Assembly (NCBI GenBank): GCA_023433945.1
Contig: JAEYTP010000088.1
Coordinates: 842-32,841 of the forward strand
Direction of reading: 5' to 3'
From: Bacillota bacterium
GTDB taxonomy: Bacteria; Bacillota; Clostridia; Acetivibrionales; DSM-1351
Length of the DNA stretch: 32,000 nucleotides
The position numbers were made by a program, and so were the translations under genes. Under the pieces are notes generated by a model. The model saw only the letters and a list, made by a program, of their open reading frames with translations. It had not been told where the DNA came from and did not search any database. Shown in pieces: positions 1 to 6,738 of this stretch. How positions within the stretch are numbered: the stretch's first letter is position 1; the number at the start of each line of letters is the position of its first letter.

Positions 1-1
1 G

Positions 2-160
2 AAACCTGTTCTTGAATACGCACAGCCATTTGCATATCCGGCTGCAGGTCAAAAGTTTACAGAAGCACTTATCAAGGGCTTTGACGAAGCTATATATGAT
101 AAGGATAGCAAAAAGACAGGCGCAGATATTGTAAAGGAAGTACAGGCTTTGTTTAATTAA
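2..160 (+). CDS. ABC transporter extracellular solute-binding protein, C-terminal fragment (gene starts upstream of window)
   Basis: Open frame from the window edge to TAA at 158-160, translating KPVLEYAQPFAYPAAGQKFTEALIKGFDEAIYDKDSKKTGADIVKEVQALFN. It sits directly upstream of two ABC permease genes, the usual SBP-permease-permease order. Confidence 0.65.
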   Translation, partial: KPVLEYAQPFAYPAAGQKFTEALIKGFDEAIYDKDSKKTGADIVKEVQALFN

Positions 161-178
161 GTGATTGTTGGATTAAAG

Positions 179-200
179 CAGGAGAGCTTAAGCTCTCCTG
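179..200 (+). terminator. Intra-operon stem-loop after the SBP gene (partial terminator or mRNA stabiliser)
   Basis: Perfect 9-bp inverted repeat caggagagc-ttaa-gctctcctg followed by ttct. The U-tract is weak, so this is probably an attenuating hairpin rather than a full stop. Confidence 0.4.
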
Positions 201-232
201 TTCTATTAAAAACTATATTGTTCTAAGATGGA

Positions 233-1159
233 ATGGAGTTGATTTCTTTGCTTAAATCAGTAAGGTCGTTATCAAGAAGTAAAAGGGAAGAGACTATTAC
301 TGCATATTTATTTCTTCTGCCTGTTATACTGCTATGGTTGATATGGTTTTTAGTACCAACGGTGCAATCATTCGCAATTAGCTTTTATCAGTACAGCTTT
401 GTCCAGGTGTCCCAAAATCATTTTGTGGGATTTGATAATTTCATTAGGGCCTTAACTGAACCTGACTTTTTCCAAGCTTTAAAACATACTTTGTTTTTGG
501 CTTTTGTTGCTGTTCCTCTTCAGAGTATACTTGCTCTTTTGTTAGCAATGGCTTTAAATTTAAATATTAGATTTAAGGGTGGTTTTCGTACCATTTTTTA
601 TACGCCTTATGTAGTTTCTAGCATAGCGGTTACGACTGTATTTATGTATTTTTTTGTAATGGATACACCAGTAACTAAATTTTTCTCCTTATTTGGATTA
701 GATAACACTACGTGGTATGCGGACTTTAATTTGGCTTTACCGTTTATAGCGATAATATATGTTTGGCAGCAGATAGGATTTTATGTAGTTATATTTTTAG
801 CAGGGCTTCAGACAGTCCCTGTTGAGTTGTACGAATCAGCAAAGGTTGACGGGGCAGATTCCATCAAGAGGTTTTTCTATATAACACTGCCAACGCTTAA
901 ACCAGTTATTTTTTTAGTACTGACATTTGGAATGATTCAAGCCTTACAGGTATTTGATCAGGTTGCTGCTGTAGCACAAAATCAACCTCTGGGATCACCT
1001 GCTGGCGCAACAAGTACATTGGTTTCATACTTCTATGTACAATCCTTCAAGAACTGGGATATGGGCTATGGAAGTGCTATTGCAGTATTGTTGTTTGTTG
1101 TAATCTTTATAGTCACCATGGTTCAAAAGAAGCTTCTTGACGATAGCGCTGATAGTTAG
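233..1159 (+). CDS. Carbohydrate ABC transporter permease (MalF/UgpA-like, binding-protein-dependent transport family)
   Basis: 308 aa, multiple hydrophobic helices, EAA loop ESAKVDGADSIKRFFYITLP. No strong SD before ATG 233, so the start is uncertain. Confidence 0.88.
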   Translation: MELISLLKSVRSLSRSKREETITAYLFLLPVILLWLIWFLVPTVQSFAISFYQYSFVQVSQNHFVGFDNFIRALTEPDFFQALKHTLFLAFVAVPLQSILALLLAMALNLNIRFKGGFRTIFYTPYVVSSIAVTTVFMYFFVMDTPVTKFFSLFGLDNTTWYADFNLALPFIAIIYVWQQIGFYVVIFLAGLQTVPVELYESAKVDGADSIKRFFYITLPTLKPVIFLVLTFGMIQALQVFDQVAAVAQNQPLGSPAGATSTLVSYFYVQSFKNWDMGYGSAIAVLLFVVIFIVTMVQKKLLDDSADS

Positions 1160-1170
1160 GAGAAATAAAC

Positions 1171-1980
1171 ATGAGAACATTATCAACATCTTTATTATAT
1201 ATTTTGCTTGGTTTATTATCGTTAGTTTTTTTAATCCCAATATTTTATGCACTATACACTTCACTATTGCCGTTACAGTATGTAGATAAAGTAGTGTCGT
1301 TCGATAAATTTACTTTTGATAATTATGTTTCGTTATTCAAAAAGACCGAAATAGTTCAATGGTTTGTTAATACAGCAGTTGTTACCATTTTAACAGTTGT
1401 GGGCAATGTTGTTATAAACACAATGGCGGGTTATGCACTTGCTAAGTTTAATTTTCCAGGGAAGAATTTAATTTTTATTATAGTTTTGGCCAGTATGATG
1501 ATTCCATTTCAAATGATTATAACCCCAATGTATATTATGGTGGCAAAGCTGCAATTGCACAATACATTAGCTGGACTTATCATACCGTTCCTATACAATT
1601 GTTTGTATATTTTTATGGCTAGACAATTTTTCATGACTATTCCTAAAGAAATTGAAGAAGCGGCTACCATAGATGGGCTTAGCAAGGCAAAGACGTTCTT
1701 TAAAATTATAGTACCTCTTTCAGGTAATATTATCACTACAATTATTATTTTAAACTTCACAACAACATGGAATTCCTATCTCGTTCCAGCAACTTTTATA
1801 AACGACAAGGCAAAATATCTACTTGTTGTTGGGTTAAGGACGGTTAATGATCAGTATTTTACAAGGCCTAACCTAGTAATGGCAGGGGTCATACTAACAA
1901 CATTACCAGTACTAATATTATTCCTCAAGTATCAAAAGCATTTTGTGCAGGGTATTGCTACTACAGGAATTAAGGGTTAA
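1171..1980 (+). CDS. Carbohydrate ABC transporter permease (MalG/UgpE-like)
   Basis: 269 aa, EAA loop EAATIDGLSKAKTFFKIIVP, SD taggag 7 nt upstream, 11-nt gap to the previous permease. Confidence 0.9.
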   Translation: MRTLSTSLLYILLGLLSLVFLIPIFYALYTSLLPLQYVDKVVSFDKFTFDNYVSLFKKTEIVQWFVNTAVVTILTVVGNVVINTMAGYALAKFNFPGKNLIFIIVLASMMIPFQMIITPMYIMVAKLQLHNTLAGLIIPFLYNCLYIFMARQFFMTIPKEIEEAATIDGLSKAKTFFKIIVPLSGNIITTIIILNFTTTWNSYLVPATFINDKAKYLLVVGLRTVNDQYFTRPNLVMAGVILTTLPVLILFLKYQKHFVQGIATTGIKG

Positions 1981-2013
1981 GTTTATCTTAGTGAGAGAAA
2001 GGAAGAAAAGTAC

Positions 2014-3303
2014 ATGAGAAAGATCTCTTTAGCACTAATAGGAGCTGGTGATAGAGGAATGCACTCCTATGCCCCATATGCTCTAAAAAAACCATATGAG
2101 ATTGAATTTGTTGCTGTAGCAGAACCGGATGATAAAAAAAGGGAAGCATTTAGGAATCAGTATGGTATTAGAGAAGACCAATGCTTCAAGGATTATAAAG
2201 ATTTGCTGGAAAAACCTAAAATGGCTGATGGGGTTCTGATTTGCCTTCAGGATAGGATGCATTATGAACCAACAATAAAAGCACTAGAAAAAGGTTATCA
2301 TGTTATGCTTGAAAAGCCCATGTCAGTGAGTGCTGAAGAATGTATTCAAATTGGGCAATGCGCTGAAAAGTATAATAAAATACTGGTTATTTGCCATGTC
2401 CTAAGGTATACACCGTTTTTTACGGCAATTAAAGATATTATTGACAATGAAACTATCGGTAAGCTAATCTCTATTTCTCACAATGAAAATGTAGGCTATT
2501 GGCATCAGGCTCATAGTTATGTAAGAGGAAATTGGAGAAAAGCAGATGAATCCAGTCCGATGATTCTGGCAAAATCCTGTCATGATATGGATATTATTCT
2601 TTGGCTTGCAGGAGCAAATTGTATTAAGCTTTCCTCCTTTGGTGAACTTACTCATTTCAAGGAGAAAAATGCTCCAGCTGGGGCACCTTTCAGGTGTCTT
2701 GAGGGTTGTCCTGTAGAAAGGGAGTGTCCATATTATGCCCCTAAAATTTACCTAACGGAAAAAACAGATTGGCCTACATCAGTCATAACTACCGATTTAA
2801 GCATTGAGGGTCGGATGGAAGCATTAAAGAATGGGCCATATGGAAGATGTGTTTACCATTGTGATAACGATGTTGTTGACCATCAAGTGGTGAATATGCA
2901 GTTCGAAAATGGCATTACTGCAACCTTTACAATGTGTGCATTTACGAATGAGATGGGCCGGACGATAAAGCTAATGGGCACAAAAGGAGAGATAAGAGGT
3001 CATATGGAGAAAAACCAAATAGAAATAATTGAATTCGGTTCTTCTAAAAAAGTAACAATTGACCTAAATATTGGGGTGGATATTCACGGCCATGGCGGTG
3101 GTGACGAAAGGCTTTTGAGTGATTTTATAAGCTTAATCAGAGAAGAAAAAAATAATGGTCTTACCTCTGCGAGAAACTCTGTTCAGAGCCATTTAATGGC
3201 CTTTGCTGCAGAAAAGTCGAGAATTGATGGCACTGTAATAGACATAAACCAATATACGCAGCAGCTTATGTCATGTGTGAAAACCTGTAATGAGATTATA
3301 TAG
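2014..3303 (+). CDS. Gfo/Idh/MocA family NAD(P)-dependent oxidoreductase with a Cys-rich insert
   Basis: N-terminal Rossmann LIGAGDRG, conserved MLEKPM motif, 429 aa. Cys cluster CLEGCPVERECPY ... CVYHC in the C-terminal domain. Confidence 0.85.
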   Translation: MRKISLALIGAGDRGMHSYAPYALKKPYEIEFVAVAEPDDKKREAFRNQYGIREDQCFKDYKDLLEKPKMADGVLICLQDRMHYEPTIKALEKGYHVMLEKPMSVSAEECIQIGQCAEKYNKILVICHVLRYTPFFTAIKDIIDNETIGKLISISHNENVGYWHQAHSYVRGNWRKADESSPMILAKSCHDMDIILWLAGANCIKLSSFGELTHFKEKNAPAGAPFRCLEGCPVERECPYYAPKIYLTEKTDWPTSVITTDLSIEGRMEALKNGPYGRCVYHCDNDVVDHQVVNMQFENGITATFTMCAFTNEMGRTIKLMGTKGEIRGHMEKNQIEIIEFGSSKKVTIDLNIGVDIHGHGGGDERLLSDFISLIREEKNNGLTSARNSVQSHLMAFAAEKSRIDGTVIDINQYTQQLMSCVKTCNEII

Positions 3304-3335
3304 GGGTATAGGATCACAAACAATGAAAATAAGGT

Positions 3336-3384
3336 ACAATCCTTCAATTAAGTTATTGATAATACCTTAGTGGAGGATTGTTTT
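3336..3384 (+). terminator. Candidate rho-independent terminator of the ABC/oxidoreductase operon
   Basis: acaatcct (3336-3343) pairs with aggattgt (3374-3381), followed by tttt. The loop is long (about 26 nt), so confidence is moderate. Confidence 0.45.
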
Positions 3385-3477
3385 ATATTGATATCAGCCT
3401 AACGCTGATTTACTTATATAAGAAACAAAAACAAAATAATACTAGCATTTACTTAGGAGAGGACTTATCTTGGTTAA

Positions 3478-3743
3478 CTACTACCCAGTCTACAGATAAA
3501 ACTGCTGACTAGCAAGCACATATAACTACTACCCAGCCTACAGACATAAAAGCTGACCAGCCTACAGACATAAAAGCTGACCAGCCTACAGACATAACAG
3601 CTGACCAGCCTACAGACATAACAGCTGACCAGCCTACAGACATAACAGCTGACCAGCCTACAGACATAAAAGCTGACCAGCGTACAGATATAACAGCTGA
3701 CCAGCGTACAGATATACCAGCTGATCAGCCTATAGATATAATT
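3478..3743. repeat. Tandem array, 24-bp unit gctgaccagcctacagacataa[a/c]a, about 11 copies
   Basis: Central copies are identical or differ by 1 nt; both flanks are degenerate. The array ends 1 nt from the stop codon (3745-3747, minus strand) of the OYE gene. Confidence 0.95.
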
Positions 3744-3744
3744 G

Positions 3745-4845
3745 TTACTTAGTGTAATCGACACAATCAAGGTCCGTTTTATGTCTCTCAGCTACCGCGG
3801 GGCAGTTGTGGGGCATGAAGGGACTCCAGAAACATATTTTACAATCTCTACACTTAACGTAAGGAGTATCCAGCATTACTGCTAATGCCCAATTTGGGTC
3901 TGCCAATAGAGCTCTTGCAGAATCAATAGTATCTGTAAGACCTTGTTCTATAAGCATTTTAGCAGTTTCAGGCTTAAGTATACCATTTACAACAGATACG
4001 GGTACTGCTCCACTAATATGTTCATACATCTGAATACCAAACCATGCTATCTTGCTATATGGTTGACCTTCAGGATAATCAATTTCATCAGGACCAATTC
4101 CACTAGAAACCTGAAGGTAATCTACTCCTGCTGCTATGTATTGATCTGCAATTGCCCAGGCTTCTTCGAGGGTTGGCTCAGCGCCACTGGTTCTGGCTGA
4201 AATAATAAATTCTACTCCGCAGGCTTTGCGAATATCACGTATGATTTCACAGCCAAATCGAGTCCTGTTTTCAAGACTACCTCCATACTCATCTGTACGG
4301 AGATTAACCTTTGCACTTGAAAATTCATTTATCAGGTATCCATGGCAGGCATGCAATTGGACTCCATCATAACCAGCCCTTTTGGCACGAATGGCAGCTT
4401 TAACAAACTGTTCCCGGATTGTCGCAATTTCTTCAAGAGTAAGAGCCTCAGTTTGCTTGTCATTCCATATTACAACGGAGGGGCCCTTTGGCGTACCGCA
4501 ATCTGGGTGAGTACTATATCCACCGTGGTGGATTTGAACCAGTACAACAGCATTATGCTTATGACATGCTTCAGTAATAGCAATATGGCCGGCAATCTGG
4601 CTGTCCTCCCATAGTCCCAACTGTGAAGGTGCAAGTCTTCCAGTAGGGGTAACACAGGTTGCCTCTACTACAATAAGTCCAGTGCCTCCTTTTGCCCTGT
4701 CCTCATAGTGACGGGCGAAACGGTCTGTAGGTATTCCACTGGTATCAGTCCAGCCGAATTTAACAGTAGGAGCATATGTAATTCTATTTTTTACAATTTT
4801 TGATCCTATTTTTATAGGTGTTGAGATTTTATTCATTTTCTCCAC
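3745..4845 (-). CDS. Old Yellow Enzyme family NADH:flavin oxidoreductase (FMN TIM barrel) with a C-terminal Cys cluster
   Basis: 366 aa with HACHGYLINEFSS active-site region. The C-terminal CRDCKICFWSPFMPHNC (C-x2-C-x2-C-x9-C) resembles the 4Fe-4S motif of enoate/2,4-dienoyl-CoA reductases. SD ggaggg before the ATG. Confidence 0.85.
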   Translation of the reverse strand: MEKMNKISTPIKIGSKIVKNRITYAPTVKFGWTDTSGIPTDRFARHYEDRAKGGTGLIVVEATCVTPTGRLAPSQLGLWEDSQIAGHIAITEACHKHNAVVLVQIHHGGYSTHPDCGTPKGPSVVIWNDKQTEALTLEEIATIREQFVKAAIRAKRAGYDGVQLHACHGYLINEFSSAKVNLRTDEYGGSLENRTRFGCEIIRDIRKACGVEFIISARTSGAEPTLEEAWAIADQYIAAGVDYLQVSSGIGPDEIDYPEGQPYSKIAWFGIQMYEHISGAVPVSVVNGILKPETAKMLIEQGLTDTIDSARALLADPNWALAVMLDTPYVKCRDCKICFWSPFMPHNCPAVAERHKTDLDCVDYTK

Positions 4846-4855
4846 TCCCTCCTGT

Positions 4856-4998
4856 AGGGTATATTATTGCATTTTGGTATAAAGAGTAAGAGATTTTGGC
4901 ATCTACCATTAGGGTATATTATTGCATTTTGGTATAAAGAGTAAGAGATTTTGGTATCTACCATTAGGGTATATTATTGCTTTTAGGTAAATGGGTAT
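4856..4998. repeat. Tandem array, 55-bp unit, about 2.6 copies
   Basis: agggtatattattgcattttggtataaagagtaagagattttgg[c/t]atctaccatt starts at 4856, 4911 and 4966 (third copy diverges). It lies between the TetR stop and the OYE RBS. Confidence 0.9.
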
Positions 4999-5031
4999 GA
5001 GTATTTTTCATTTAAAATACCCGTATTTTTT

Positions 5032-5652
5032 TTATTTTATAATTCCGTTTAGAAGAATCTTAAAGTGTATTAAAAACTGCTCCTTCAAGTTAAAATCAGA
5101 GTGTCTAATACACCATTCAAAAGTAATACCTCTCATAGCTAAAACTAAATGGTTTACAAGGGTATTAACCGGTATGTCTGAAGTAAACTCACCCCGAGTA
5201 ACACCTCTCTCAAGTATATCGCTATACACCTTATATAGATCTCGATTATAACTCACAGAAGATTGAGTATCAATTGCAGAAGTTAAATGTAATCTATATA
5301 AAATTTTCATATTTTCAAAGCCTATTTTACTCTCGAGAATTTCTGCGACTTTTTCTGTTAATAAAATTAAAATATCTGGGGAAGATACATTATTATCTAT
5401 GCTTTCCACGTAACTTTTATAATCGGTATCTACTTCTTTTACATAGTCAGTAATCAAAATAGAAGCCAAGGAGTCTTTAGACTCATAATGCACATAGAAG
5501 GCACCCTTTGATATGCCTACGGCCTCTACAATAGAGTCTACACTTACGTTATCAAAACCAAACTCAAGGAACATTTTCTTGGCGGTTTCATAAATTTTCT
5601 TTTTTGTTTCTGCAGCTTGTACTTTTCTTTTACTAACCATTTCTTTCTTCAT
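5032..5652 (-). CDS. TetR/AcrR family transcriptional regulator
   Basis: 206 aa, N-terminal HTH FGFDNVSVDSIVEAVGISKGAFYVHYESKD, SD aaggag. Confidence 0.9.
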   Translation of the reverse strand: MKKEMVSKRKVQAAETKKKIYETAKKMFLEFGFDNVSVDSIVEAVGISKGAFYVHYESKDSLASILITDYVKEVDTDYKSYVESIDNNVSSPDILILLTEKVAEILESKIGFENMKILYRLHLTSAIDTQSSVSYNRDLYKVYSDILERGVTRGEFTSDIPVNTLVNHLVLAMRGITFEWCIRHSDFNLKEQFLIHFKILLNGIIK

Positions 5653-5655
5653 GAT

Positions 5656-5850
5656 GTACTCCTTAAGTAGAACTATAAATATATTTAAAAGTACTGTCTA
5701 TGTATATATAATAGTACTGACTATGTAAATTATAAAAGTACTATCTATGTATATTAAAAAGTACTATCTAAGTATATTATAAAAGTTCTGTCATGTATAT
5801 TATATTAGTACTTCTATTAAATTATAGTAGTACTTCGCATGTAAAACCAA
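5656..5850. repeat. Tandem array, about 23-bp unit containing (a)aaagtact, about 8 copies
   Basis: gtact/gttct anchors at 5656, 5691, 5714, 5738, 5761, 5785, 5808 and 5830 (spacing 22-24 bp after the first). The array starts within a few nt of the TetR start codon and RBS. Confidence 0.8.
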
Positions 5851-5972
5851 TATAAATATTACGGTTATTCTATGCGTCAGTTTATAAAGCACCATGGTAA
5901 GTGACTACGGTCAATGGGATTCATTGAATAGTATACTACTGCAAACTAAAAGAAACAAGTAGTTAGAACTCC

Positions 5973-6113
5973 TTATTTTTTCATAGAAACTACATGTCCA
6001 CAACATTCACATCTTAAATGCAAGCCTCTTAGCTTTTTATATTCAACTTCAGGAAGGTTTAGCATTACAGATTTGCATTTATTGCATACTAGCGATTTAA
6101 ATTTAAATAACAT
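5973..6113 (-). CDS. Small zinc-ribbon-like protein, 46 aa (below the ORF-track length cutoff)
   Basis: Hand translation gives MLFKFKSLVCNKCKSVMLNLPEVEYKKLRGLHLRCECCGHVVSMKK, with CxxC plus CxCC. Strong SD aaaggag 6 nt before the ATG. A terminator lies only about 35 nt upstream, which lowers confidence. Confidence 0.4.
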   Translation of the reverse strand: MLFKFKSLVCNKCKSVMLNLPEVEYKKLRGLHLRCECCGHVVSMKK

Positions 6114-6153
6114 TTTATCTCCTTTCATTTAATAATACATTAGGCAAATAAAA

Positions 6154-6179
6154 AAAGAAGAGCAAGGGCTCCTCTTTTT
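6154..6179 (-). terminator. Bidirectional rho-independent terminator (A-tract, stem, T-tract)
   Basis: agaagagc-aagg-gctcctct (one mismatch), flanked by aaaaaaa on the left and ttttt on the right. On the minus strand it follows the csp gene. Confidence 0.5.
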
Positions 6180-6353
6180 ACTCCATTTACCAAGTAAATA
6201 GGATATTACAGGCAAGTATTACTAAATGAATGGATTATATGCTAGATAAGTACCAAATAAAACGTTAAATCTTAATAGTATTGTTAAAACATAATTCATA
6301 ATGTAATATTGACTAAAAGCCTAATTTAGCTAGTGATAGCTTTTTGGCAGGGA

Positions 6354-6554
6354 TTAAGCTACATAAACATTAGTAGCTTGTAAGCCACGTCTGCCCTTTT
6401 CTAAATCAAAAGTTACCCTCTGACCTTCATCTAGAGTCTTGTAACCATTTGACTGGATTGCAGAATAATGAACGAATACATCTTCTCCGCCATCTACTGA
6501 AATAAAACCAAATCCTTTTTCTGCGTTAAACCATTTTACTATACCATTATTCAT
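6354..6554 (-). CDS. csp: Cold-shock protein (CspA family, single cold-shock domain)
   Basis: [18 protein letters not shown] (RNP1) and VFVHY (RNP2), 66 aa. SD ggaggt lies 6 nt before ATG 6554. The 87-aa ORF in the track is an upstream extension. Confidence 0.93.
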   Translation of the reverse strand: MNNGIVKWFNAEKGFGFISVDGGEDVFVHYSAIQSNGYKTLDEGQRVTFDLEKGRRGLQATNVYVA

Positions 6555-6679
6555 ATTGGTACCTCCATAAATTTTATTTTTTTTACTTGTAAAATAAAAA
6601 GCACACATTGCTTGCAAATGATACTAAATCATTTACAAATAACGTGTGCAAATAATTATCACTTTCAAAATACTTTTTT

Positions 6680-6708
6680 ATTATAACATATACATAAGCA
6701 GCTGTCAA
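6680..6708 (-). promoter_or_regulatory. Sigma-A promoter of csp (consensus -35 and -10 hexamers, 17-nt spacer)
   Basis: The minus strand reads TTGACA-gctgcttatgtatatgt-TATAAT. This gives a 5' UTR of about 115 nt, typical of cold-shock mRNAs. Confidence 0.7.
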
Positions 6709-6738
6709 CAACTTATTATTCCACTCTGTAGAACCGAG

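Noticed and set aside
3513-3752. Plus-strand open frame through the same array encoding (ADQPTDIK/T)n, reminiscent of a Pro/Thr linker
   Set aside because: The frame is closed by TAG at 3510-3512. It contains no ATG, GTG or TTG start anywhere in the array and has no RBS.
3474-3770. 98-aa minus-strand ORF translating as (LVSCYVCR)n
   Set aside because: It is simply the 24-bp tandem repeat read in an open frame. It overlaps the 3' end of the OYE gene out of frame, has no RBS, and its composition is implausible for a protein.
1025-4655. Short antisense ORFs inside the permease, Gfo/Idh/MocA and OYE genes (for example 1025-1264, 1509-1760, 2464-2655, 3943-4200, 4342-4614, 4470-4655)
   Set aside because: All are embedded in better-supported genes on the opposite strand or in another frame, with no RBS and no motif.
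6555-6617. N-terminal extension of the cold-shock ORF ([21 protein letters not shown])
   Set aside because: The internal ATG at 6554 has a GGAGG SD at ideal spacing and gives the canonical 66-aa Csp. The extension lies in the 5' UTR.
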